DNA of 32,014 bases from Candidatus Hydrothermarchaeales archaeon. Its GTDB lineage: Archaea; Hydrothermarchaeota; Hydrothermarchaeia; Hydrothermarchaeales; JAZGAD01. The notes under the pieces were generated by a model. The model ran no database searches, was not told the DNA's origin, and worked only from the letters and a program-made list of their open reading frames with translations. Positions within the stretch are counted from its first letter, which is position 1; the number at the start of each line of letters is the position of its first letter. The translations under genes were made by a program, and so were the position numbers. The stretch lies in NCBI GenBank assembly GCA_036444275.1, contig JAZGAD010000056.1, positions 1 to 32,014 of the forward strand, read 5' to 3'. Shown one piece after another: positions 10,314 through 18,060 of the stretch.

Positions 10314-10349
10314 TATTGTTACTTTGGTAGTTATTGTTACTTTGGTAGT
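10314..10349. repeat. Perfect 18-bp tandem duplication (TATTGTTACTTTGGTAGT x2)
   Basis: Read directly: 10314-10331 is identical to 10332-10349. Confidence 0.9.
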
Positions 10350-10372
10350 GATAGAAGGCGAGCAAGTAATGA

Positions 10373-10387
10373 CGAAAAGCTTTAAAT
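10373..10387 (+). promoter_or_regulatory. BRE-TATA promoter of tRNA-Tyr
   Basis: CGAAAAGC-TTTAAAT about 30 nt upstream of the tRNA 5' end. Confidence 0.6.
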
Positions 10388-10417
10388 GCCGAGTTGGGAA
10401 TCTTTATAAAAATTTTT

Positions 10418-10491
10418 CCCGTCGTAGCTCAACCTGGAAGAGCGTGCGGCTGTAGACCGCATGGTTGCTGGTTCAAATCTGGCCGACGGGA
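10418..10491 (+). tRNA. tRNA-Tyr (GTA), intronless, CCA not encoded
   Basis: Acceptor stem CCCGTCG/CGACGGG with discriminator A (C1-G72 identity). D arm GCTC..GAGC. Anticodon arm TGCGG-CTGTAGA-CCGCA. T loop GGTTCAAATC. Confidence 0.95.
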
Positions 10492-10697
10492 CTCGTCTTT
10501 TCGTTGCTTCTATCTGAAGTTTGGCTTAGCTAGTTAATTAAATTAGTTCGAGGGGAGAGGGCATACTTCAAAGCGCATAAAAGAGATGAGCAAGAGCATA
10601 TGTTGCGAAAGTAAAAAATACCCTAGCTGTTGTAAGTAGAGTAGATTATTCTAATGAATAAGTTGAATTGAAAAGAAGAGAGGAGAAAAAGAAAAGT

Positions 10698-11666
10698 ATG
10701 AAGCTCTCTGAGCTAGGTGAGCGTAGGATCATCGATATCTTCGTCAAGAACCTTGCTAAGAATGAAGATGCTCTCGTGGGCATAGGCGACGATGCATGTG
10801 TATTGAGATTCGGCAACGATTATTTGGTAGTCTCGACTGACTTGATTGTCCAGAAGACACATATCCCACGCGAGATGACCCCCAGCCAGATAGGCAGGTA
10901 CGCGGTCAACGTTAACCTGAGCGATATTGCAGCCATGGGCGCTGCTCCCCTCGGCCTAGTATTCTCGTTCGGTCTGCCCAGGAGCTTGGACGAGAGCTTC
11001 GTAAAGGAGTTGAGCAAAGGTATAAATCAAGCGTGCAGGGAGCACAATACCCATGTTTTAGGGGGTGACACGAAGGAGCATGTTGAGATAACTATCGCTG
11101 GCACCGCATTTGGAAAAGCGCACAACAGGATACTCGCCAGGAGTGGAGCGAAAGTAGGGGATCTGATATGCGTTACAGGCACCGTTGGATCAGCTGCCGC
11201 CGGATTTTACTGTCTGACAAAAAATCTCACGATCAAAAGATTCATCGATATTGCTTTAGAGCCGAGAGCTAGAATCCAAGAGGGCTTAATATTGGCTAAA
11301 TATGCTAGCGCCTGCATCGATGTCAGCGACGGCCTTGCATACAGCATTCACGAGATCGCCAGAGCAAGTGGTATGGGTTTTCTAATCCAAGAGGAAGCTG
11401 TACCCATGGAAAGAGGTATCGAAGAGGTTTCAATGGCAGTTAACGTGCCGATTAGGGAGCTACTTTTCTTTAAGGGAGGCGACTACGAACTGCTGTTCAC
11501 CATTCCCCAAGGGAAATTCGACGCTGCTGCTGCGGAGATGAAGCGACTTGGAACACAGCTAAGCGTTATAGGGGAGGTAGTGAAGAAAGGAACCAAAATC
11601 ATTTCTGAGGGAAAAGAGGAAGAGCTCGATGCAAGGGGCTACGAGGCTTTCTTTAATTTCCCTTAG
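10698..11666 (+). CDS. thiL: Thiamine-monophosphate kinase
   Basis: MKLSELGE, GIGDDA, VNLSDIAAMGA, GGDT, IDVSDGL, GGDYELLFT. Confidence 0.95.
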   Translation: MKLSELGERRIIDIFVKNLAKNEDALVGIGDDACVLRFGNDYLVVSTDLIVQKTHIPREMTPSQIGRYAVNVNLSDIAAMGAAPLGLVFSFGLPRSLDESFVKELSKGINQACREHNTHVLGGDTKEHVEITIAGTAFGKAHNRILARSGAKVGDLICVTGTVGSAAAGFYCLTKNLTIKRFIDIALEPRARIQEGLILAKYASACIDVSDGLAYSIHEIARASGMGFLIQEEAVPMERGIEEVSMAVNVPIRELLFFKGGDYELLFTIPQGKFDAAAAEMKRLGTQLSVIGEVVKKGTKIISEGKEEELDARGYEAFFNFP

Positions 11667-11687
11667 TTAACTCTACGAGATAGCGAT

Positions 11688-12698
11688 ATGGAACAGGAGG
11701 CCATGCTCTGGGAGCCCCTCGGTAATACGAAGGTGAAGTGCAGCCTCTGCGCCAGGCGATGCAAAATAGGTGAGGGGAAAAGAGGATTCTGCAAGGTCAG
11801 AGAGAACAAGGAAGGGAAGCTATACACCCTGAACTACGGCCTCGCCTCCTCTGTTGCTTCTGACCCCATAGAAAAGAAGCCCCTTTTCCATTTCTACCCG
11901 GACACCAATGTGTTCTCTCTGGGCACAGTGAGCTGCAACTTCCGATGTCTTCACTGCCAGAACTACTCTATATCCCAAACTCTCTTAGAAGATGCAAAGG
12001 GATACCTACGGGAATACCCACCAGAAATGGCGGTAAGGCTGGCGAAGCAATACGGCTGCAGCGGCATAGCATGGACCTACAACGAGCCTACCATATGGTT
12101 CGAGTACACCTATGACTCTGCTAAGCTGGCCAAACAAAACGGCCTCTATACGGTCTATGTCACTAACGGCTACTTCACCGAAGAAGCTCTAGACACTATA
12201 GCGCCCTATCTCGACGCTATGAACATAGATATCAAAAGCTTCAGGGAGGATTCCTACAAGGAGCTAGCATCAGCCAAGCTACAGCCGGTATTAGAGAGCG
12301 TGGAGAGGGCGGTGGCGAAAGGGCTTCATGTGGAACTAACGTACCTCGTGATACCTGGTCGAAACGATGGAGATGAAGAGCTCAGAGAATTCGTGGACTG
12401 GGCAGCCGGCGTGGACGTGGACATGCCTGTACACTTCTCTCGTTTTCACCCTGACTACAAGCTCCTACACCTTTCGCCTACCCCAATTGAAACGCTCGAA
12501 AAGGCTAGGGACCTAGGCCTTGAGAAGCTTCATCACGTATACCTAGGCAACGTGGTAGGGCACAATGGAGAGAATACCTACTGCTACAACTGCGGAGAAC
12601 TCCTAATCCCTAGAGGGGGATTCATTGTTCGACAGATGAATCTAACTAAAGAGAATAAGTGCCCGGCATGCAGCGCTAGAATTCGTATAATAAGGTAG
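11688..12698 (+). CDS. amrS: AmmeMemoRadiSam system radical SAM enzyme (PFL-activase-like)
   Basis: N-terminal CSLCARRC..GFCKVR, DPIEKKPLFHF, CNFRCLHCQN, TYNEP, C-terminal CYNC..CPAC. Confidence 0.9.
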   Translation: MEQEAMLWEPLGNTKVKCSLCARRCKIGEGKRGFCKVRENKEGKLYTLNYGLASSVASDPIEKKPLFHFYPDTNVFSLGTVSCNFRCLHCQNYSISQTLLEDAKGYLREYPPEMAVRLAKQYGCSGIAWTYNEPTIWFEYTYDSAKLAKQNGLYTVYVTNGYFTEEALDTIAPYLDAMNIDIKSFREDSYKELASAKLQPVLESVERAVAKGLHVELTYLVIPGRNDGDEELREFVDWAAGVDVDMPVHFSRFHPDYKLLHLSPTPIETLEKARDLGLEKLHHVYLGNVVGHNGENTYCYNCGELLIPRGGFIVRQMNLTKENKCPACSARIRIIR

Positions 12699-12712
12699 CC
12701 CCTAGAACAGAA

Positions 12713-13036
12713 CTAGAGGCTAATGATTCCCAAGCTAGCTAGAGCTGAAAGCAAGAGTAGAATGCCTGCTATACGGACTGCCAGTTTCGCCATTCCTTGT
12801 CCAACAACTAATAGGAATACTCCGGCTACAGCTGGGAAGGCAGCGATGAGGAGCGTCCAAGGAGGCTTTGAAAAAGCAACTAAGTCTGGAAAGCGGTATA
12901 AGGCGATGCCAACGAGGATGAGTGCGATGCCGAGTATCCGCATAACTAGTCCAACTATTTTCGGTGCAACTAGAAGTAGCGCTAAACCCAAAACTATCAT
13001 TCCTGCTTGAGTAGCTATCTGAGTAGGCGCTGCCAT
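12713..13036 (-). CDS. Small membrane protein with about four TM helices and a two-fold internal repeat
   Basis: Highly hydrophobic. GLALLLV..MRILGIALIL resembles GVFLLVV..VRIAGILLLL. Confidence 0.7.
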   Translation of the reverse strand: MAAPTQIATQAGMIVLGLALLLVAPKIVGLVMRILGIALILVGIALYRFPDLVAFSKPPWTLLIAAFPAVAGVFLLVVGQGMAKLAVRIAGILLLLSALASLGIISL

Positions 13037-13077
13037 CGCGATACCTATTTATAAACAGGGGATTAAAAAACTTTCGA

Positions 13078-13830
13078 ATGATCGAAGGCATCTTCCATTT
13101 AGAGGCTCAGAGCAATAGAGAAGACGTTGCTAGGACATCCCTAGAGAACCTCGTGAACAAGCTGAAGCAGGAAGACAAGACAGAGGTAACGCGGGAAGAC
13201 CTAGACGAAGTCATCGAAACGGATGGTATGTTCTCTGCCACAGGCGAGGTAGAGGCAAAGTTCGAGGACTTAACTACCTATCTCTTGGCCGCTATAAAAT
13301 ACGGCCCCTCAGCCATAGAGATACAGGAACCAGCGAAAATAGTTCTCTCTGCCAAAGAATTCCTCATTGCGCTGGGGGAGATCATAAAGCTGGCGAAAAA
13401 CTTCTACACCAAGTATCAAGTGAGCTTCAAATTTGGAAAAGTAAAGGGGAAAGTCGGTCTAGATGAAGAGGCGATCGATGGATTATTGGATCAGGGGGCG
13501 ATAAGGGCTAAGATAATCGTTGAATCCAAGGGGAAGTCCAGGAGAGAAGTCATCAATGCTTTCGCTGGTGCAGTTAAAGGCGATGTCTTCGTTAACAAAG
13601 CTAAGACCAAGCAGATGGAAAAGGGCGATGGATTCGAGGGGCTGGTTGGAATAGATGCATTTATGTACGAGCCAAAGACGCTAGTAGATATAGCTGTAAA
13701 GCACACCCCGGTGCTAGTCGAGATAGTTGAGCCTGAAGAGATCGAGCTTAGCATGCTGGACCTGCAGGATATTGGGGTGGATTTGGCTAGTATTTTCTTT
13801 GAGGCATCTCATATAGTACTAGCAAGATGA
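13078..13830 (+). CDS. Archaeal hypothetical protein with a duplicated domain
   Basis: KYGPSAIEIQEPAKIVLS and KHTPVLVEIVEPEEIELS occupy equivalent positions in the two halves. Confidence 0.8.
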   Translation: MIEGIFHLEAQSNREDVARTSLENLVNKLKQEDKTEVTREDLDEVIETDGMFSATGEVEAKFEDLTTYLLAAIKYGPSAIEIQEPAKIVLSAKEFLIALGEIIKLAKNFYTKYQVSFKFGKVKGKVGLDEEAIDGLLDQGAIRAKIIVESKGKSRREVINAFAGAVKGDVFVNKAKTKQMEKGDGFEGLVGIDAFMYEPKTLVDIAVKHTPVLVEIVEPEEIELSMLDLQDIGVDLASIFFEASHIVLAR

Positions 13831-13951
13831 ATCTGCCGCCCGGTTCGTATACGAAATCCGGTGGATGGAAATATGGTTGGACAAATTGCCAATGTTACTT
13901 CCAGAATATTTAAATAACCTCTGATATACAAGTATTCTAGAGTGCATTCCG

Positions 13952-14176
13952 ATGTCTGAAATTGAAATATTGAAAAGGATTGCAGACGACGTGGCCTTCC
14001 TCAAAGAGAAGGTAAGCCACATGGAAAGCCTTCTTGGAGAAATGGTTTATCCACAGGAGGATCTTATTAAGCAGGCTTTTATAGAAAGCGTTGAAGCTGC
14101 TGAGGAACGAATTGAAAGGGGCAAGGGGCTGAAGTTCAAGGATATGGACGACTTCCTGGAAAGTGTCGAACAATGA
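13952..14176 (+). CDS. Putative type II antitoxin
   Basis: Small acidic protein ending GKGLKFKDMDDFLE. ATGA overlap with the downstream toxin. Confidence 0.75.
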   Translation: MSEIEILKRIADDVAFLKEKVSHMESLLGEMVYPQEDLIKQAFIESVEAAEERIERGKGLKFKDMDDFLESVEQ

Positions 14177-14436
14177 CCTATCGGGTTATTGCAGACCCCC
14201 TGCTGCAAAAGAAGCTCAGGAAACTCTTCAGAAAGGACAGGAAGACGTATGAACACCTGAAAAAGAAACTCATAGATATTGGCCACAACCCCGAAATTGG
14301 TAAACCCTTGAGAAATGTTTTGAAACACAAGAGACGTATTCACATAGGGCCTTTCGTGCTGATTTACAAAATTGACGAAAACACCAAGACAATAACGCTT
14401 CTCGAGTTCGACCACCACGACAGGGCATACAGATAA
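14173..14436 (+). CDS. Type II toxin, RelE/ParE (StbE) superfamily mRNA interferase
   Basis: Basic 87-aa protein: GKPLRNVLKHKRRIHIGPFVLIYKID..FDHHDRAY. Confidence 0.88.
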   Translation: MTYRVIADPLLQKKLRKLFRKDRKTYEHLKKKLIDIGHNPEIGKPLRNVLKHKRRIHIGPFVLIYKIDENTKTITLLEFDHHDRAYR

Positions 14437-14510
14437 TTACACACCCCCCCCATTCGTCCCTACAAAACAATTTTATACCCCCCCTATTTATTGATAAATT
14501 ACAAAATGTT

Positions 14511-15695
14511 CTATGCAATACCTATCGCCTCATCGGTGAGATAACAGGCGGGATCAGGAGCCCAGATATCGTTGTAGACAGCCTCTGCCCTTACACGGAA
14601 GTTGCCGTTGCATATATCTAGGTATTTACACGCACTGCAACGCCCCTTAAGAAGCGGTTTCCTGTCTTTGAGACCAGCCATCAGGGGATCGCTAGTGTCC
14701 ATCCATATCTCGCTGAACTTTCGTTCTCGTACATTGCCAAAGGAGTAGTGCCACCAGAACTGGTCTGGATGCACATATCCTAAGTTGTCCACATCAGCTA
14801 TAGCTATGCCAGAGTTGTTGCCACCGTTCCAGCGCAGCATCTGAAGTACCTGCTCTGCCCTTTCTGGCTCTTCCTCTTTGAGCTTGAGATATAGGTAGAC
14901 CCCGTCGGTATGGTTATCCACTGTCAAGATCTCGATATCTAGGCCTTTCTCGTAGAACTCCCGGGTCTTATGAAATATAAAATTAACAACATCCCTCGTC
15001 TCATTGTGGTTTATATCCTCATCCTTCATCTCGCGTGCCCTACCTGAATAGACTAAGTGATAGAAGCAAGCACGCTTAATGCCCCCCTCCTCAATCAAAT
15101 CAAAGATCGCTGGTATATCGCGGTAGTTATGCCTATTTATAGTGAAGCGCAGACCGACACGCACACCAGCTGCACTGCAGTTCTGCATTCCTTGCAGGGC
15201 ATTCTCAAAGGCTCCCTTGTGCCCCCTGAACCGGTCGTTTGTCACCTCGGTACCATCGAGGCTCACTCCTACATATGAGAAGCCCGCCTTGCTTATCTCC
15301 ACCGCTTTTTCAGGAGTTATAAGGGTGCCGTTCGTGGATATAACCGTCCTTATCCCCTTATCAGCTGCATACCTCCCGAGTTTCAACAGGTCACCGCGTA
15401 TTAGGGGTTCGCCGCCCGAAAAGAGTAGCACCGGAGCCTTGAATTCAACTAGGTCGTCTATAAGGGCAATCCCTTCCTCGGTGGTCAGCTCCCCCTCGAA
15501 TTGCTTATCCTCAGCTCCAGCATAGCAGTGCCTGCACCTCAAGTTGCATCTTCTCGTTGTATTCCAGACCACGATGGGTTTTTTGTCCTTTGAGAATTGG
15601 AGCAACTCATGAGGCATCTTAGAGGAGTCGCGTCCATATCGGAGGGCATCCCCAGGTGCGACAGTGCCGCATAGAAGTTTCGTACAGCCTATCAT
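14511..15695 (-). CDS. ahbC: Radical SAM/SPASM 12,18-didecarboxysiroheme deacetylase (Fe-coproporphyrin III synthase)
   Basis: AhbC-type N-terminus MIG.TKL.CG...DALRYG..LLQFSKDKKP, CNLRCRHC, SGGEP, GNNSGIAIA, CSACKYLDICNGNFRVRA, DPACY. Confidence 0.9.
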   Translation of the reverse strand: MIGCTKLLCGTVAPGDALRYGRDSSKMPHELLQFSKDKKPIVVWNTTRRCNLRCRHCYAGAEDKQFEGELTTEEGIALIDDLVEFKAPVLLFSGGEPLIRGDLLKLGRYAADKGIRTVISTNGTLITPEKAVEISKAGFSYVGVSLDGTEVTNDRFRGHKGAFENALQGMQNCSAAGVRVGLRFTINRHNYRDIPAIFDLIEEGGIKRACFYHLVYSGRAREMKDEDINHNETRDVVNFIFHKTREFYEKGLDIEILTVDNHTDGVYLYLKLKEEEPERAEQVLQMLRWNGGNNSGIAIADVDNLGYVHPDQFWWHYSFGNVRERKFSEIWMDTSDPLMAGLKDRKPLLKGRCSACKYLDICNGNFRVRAEAVYNDIWAPDPACYLTDEAIGIA

Positions 15696-15881
15696 GATAT
15701 CAATCCCGTTTTAAGCAACCAGGTGGAAGCACCAACTAAAATATTATTTGCAATCTACGTAACATTTATTAGATGTTAATCAAAATAGCCTGATAAGCCA
15801 GGTGTAGATATAAAATAGTATGAAGTGTATGAAGTAGATAAATAGTGTGTATTATGGGTAGTAAACATATGGAGATGGCTT

Positions 15882-16253
15882 ATGGCCAAGATACTCTTTG
15901 TTGATGATGAGCCGGATATATTAGAGGTCTTCGGCAGTATATTACGGAAAGAGGGACACAACGTTACAGCATTTGATAACGGCAGAGCCGCCCTCGAAGA
16001 GCTGAAAAAGGATGAAAAGCCTGATCTGATTATCCTCGACGTCATGATGCCAGAGATGGATGGCTGGGAAGTATGCAAGACTATAAAGACAAATGCGGAT
16101 ACTAAAGATATAACCGTGGTTATGCTCACCGTCAGGCGATCTTACCAGGATAAGATAAAGAGCTTCTATGAGTCGCTGGCTGACGGGCATATAGCAAAAC
16201 CTGTAGACAAGGATACTTTTTTGGAGGGGATACGAGGGTATCTCAAGGAATAA
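15882..16253 (+). CDS. Stand-alone response regulator receiver (CheY-like)
   Basis: FVDDE, LDVMMPEMDGW (phospho-Asp), MLT, KP. GGAG SD. Confidence 0.92.
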   Translation: MAKILFVDDEPDILEVFGSILRKEGHNVTAFDNGRAALEELKKDEKPDLIILDVMMPEMDGWEVCKTIKTNADTKDITVVMLTVRRSYQDKIKSFYESLADGHIAKPVDKDTFLEGIRGYLKE

Positions 16254-16254
16254 A

Positions 16255-16737
16255 CTAGTCCCTGTATCGCTTGTACGTCTTCTTGTATTCCTTGGTGCTG
16301 TAGAGCATTTTGTATTCCTTTATCCCAACTGCTCGGGATATCTGCTGCATAGTCCGCTCCACACTCCCCCGCTCATAGCCGTGCACCACCACGAACACAT
16401 TGTACTCCCATTTTCCAGGCACGGTCTCCCGCTCATAGCAGTGAGTGACCTCATCAAAAGAGGCCATCTTCTTCCCCACTTCTTCCACCCTATCTTGCGG
16501 TACCTTCCAGGCCACCATTGGGTTAGCAGTTATACCAAGTTTTCGATGGCTTATGGATGCGCTGAAGCGTCTCACAATGCCCTCATCAAGCATGCGCTTC
16601 ACACGCTCTATAACCTCGTCCTCGTTTATACCAATCTTTTCTGCTACTTCTAGGAAAGGACGTGATATAAGGGGCACGTTGTCCTCCATCATCACTAGAA
16701 CCTGTTTATCGGTTTCATCCAGTTGCAATAAGATCAC
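16255..16737 (-). CDS. ahbB: Siroheme decarboxylase subunit beta (Lrp/AsnC-like fold)
   Basis: PLISRPF, RRFSASISHRKLG..ANPMVAW, VTHCYER, KEYKKT. Confidence 0.9.
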   Translation of the reverse strand: MILLQLDETDKQVLVMMEDNVPLISRPFLEVAEKIGINEDEVIERVKRMLDEGIVRRFSASISHRKLGITANPMVAWKVPQDRVEEVGKKMASFDEVTHCYERETVPGKWEYNVFVVVHGYERGSVERTMQQISRAVGIKEYKMLYSTKEYKKTYKRYRD

Positions 16738-17189
16738 CTGACATTAAATCTGACGTCTATCTTGAACCTTCGCAGGATCGGGAGGTTAAGCATGTCCTCA
16801 TATTCAACTTCGCTAGCTATCCTATCCAGACTCTTCTTCAACGCATCTTCATTCCTTTCAATAACAGTAAACCATAGGTTGTACTCATGCTCCCGCGCAT
16901 AGTTGTGAGTGACGCTCTCATAGCGATTAAGCCTAGCTGCGATCTCATCCATCTTCTCCCAGGGCACCTTCATTGCTACCAAGGTGCTGGCAAAGCCAGC
17001 CTTCCTAGAGTCTATACGGAGGCCGAATTTCCTTATTATACCTATGTCGATAAGATTCCTGATCCGCGTGAAGAGTTCCTCCTCACTCATGCCTACGCTT
17101 TCAGCTATGGCTGCGAAGGGCCTTTTCACTATCGGCAGGTTTCCCTGGAGTTCTCTGAGTATGGCTTTGTCCTTATTATCCAGTTGCAT
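16734..17189 (-). CDS. ahbA: Siroheme decarboxylase subunit alpha
   Basis: QGNLPIVKRPF, STLVAMKV, VTHNYAREHEYNLWFT, FKIDVRF. GTGA overlap with ahbB. Confidence 0.9.
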   Translation of the reverse strand: MQLDNKDKAILRELQGNLPIVKRPFAAIAESVGMSEEELFTRIRNLIDIGIIRKFGLRIDSRKAGFASTLVAMKVPWEKMDEIAARLNRYESVTHNYAREHEYNLWFTVIERNEDALKKSLDRIASEVEYEDMLNLPILRRFKIDVRFNVR

Positions 17190-17205
17190 TGGGCATCACT
17201 CCCTT

Positions 17206-17235
17206 AGTTAACATTTATACTTTAAATCGTTAACT
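17206..17235. promoter_or_regulatory. Inverted repeat spanning the divergent ahbA / 17264 promoter region
   Basis: AGTTAAC-ATTTA-tactt-TAAAT-c-GTTAACT. Confidence 0.45.
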
Positions 17236-17263
17236 TAACCTTTCCAAAGAAGAAGGTGAAAGC

Positions 17264-18043
17264 TTGATTGCGTTGGTAACGGGCAACTCGCGGTTCTACT
17301 ACGAGGGGGCCAGAGAGCTGAAGAGGCGGGGCGTGGAATTTCTAAGCCTAAGTCCCTCAGACGAGATACCTGGACACGTTAAAGTCGTGCTCACCAGCGA
17401 GGAGGAGAAGGGTGTAATAGACTTCCCGGATGTAGTCACTGCAAAGGATATCAGCGCAGCGATTGGAGCGTGCCTCAGGATATCAAAGGGCGTAGGAGCC
17501 TGTGAAAGGCTTATTATAGGCATAGACCCAGGGAAGAAACCAGGGATTGCAGTTCTAGCAGACGGCGTGATTGTAGAAGCAGACCGCCTTAAGTCACCTG
17601 AGGAGGTTCTAGGTGCTGTAGATGAAGCTCTTGACGCCTATCCAGGAGGCACGGTGCTGATACGGGTCGGGAAAGGCGGCGGGATATACAAGAACAGGAT
17701 ATTAAAGGCCCTTCAGAATCTAGATGCCCACATAGAGATGGTAGACGAGACCTCGACTACACCAGACCTGAAAATGGCTTCTTCCCCTGAACTCAAAGAT
17801 ATCATAGCAGCCGTTAATATTGCTCTGAAAAAAGGGCACTCGTTGAAGGGAACTATAGAGCTGCTTCCAAAACAAGGAGAGATCAAAGAGCTCCAGAAGG
17901 AAAGCAGGAAGCTCAGCGGCAATATAACTATCTCCAAGGAGCTGGCTGAGAGGGTAGCCAAAGGAGAGCTCTCGTTAGAGGATGCCGTTAAAGAACATAA
18001 AAACGGGAATTCTCGGGAGAGAAAGGCTCCTTTCCATCGTTAA
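17264..18043 (+). CDS. Archaeal uncharacterised protein with an RNase H-like (YqgF/RuvC-type) motif
   Basis: IIGIDPGKKPGIAVL, IRVGKG, VDETSTT, DIIAAVNIA. TTG start after AAGGTGA. Confidence 0.75.
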   Translation: MIALVTGNSRFYYEGARELKRRGVEFLSLSPSDEIPGHVKVVLTSEEEKGVIDFPDVVTAKDISAAIGACLRISKGVGACERLIIGIDPGKKPGIAVLADGVIVEADRLKSPEEVLGAVDEALDAYPGGTVLIRVGKGGGIYKNRILKALQNLDAHIEMVDETSTTPDLKMASSPELKDIIAAVNIALKKGHSLKGTIELLPKQGEIKELQKESRKLSGNITISKELAERVAKGELSLEDAVKEHKNGNSRERKAPFHR

Positions 18044-18060
18044 TTTTAGGCTTTATCTAG

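Noticed and set aside
13856-13910. TCCGGTGGA / TTCCAGAA as possible ORB origin boxes
   Set aside because: Poor match, no attached G-string, not repeated, and no cdc6 nearby.
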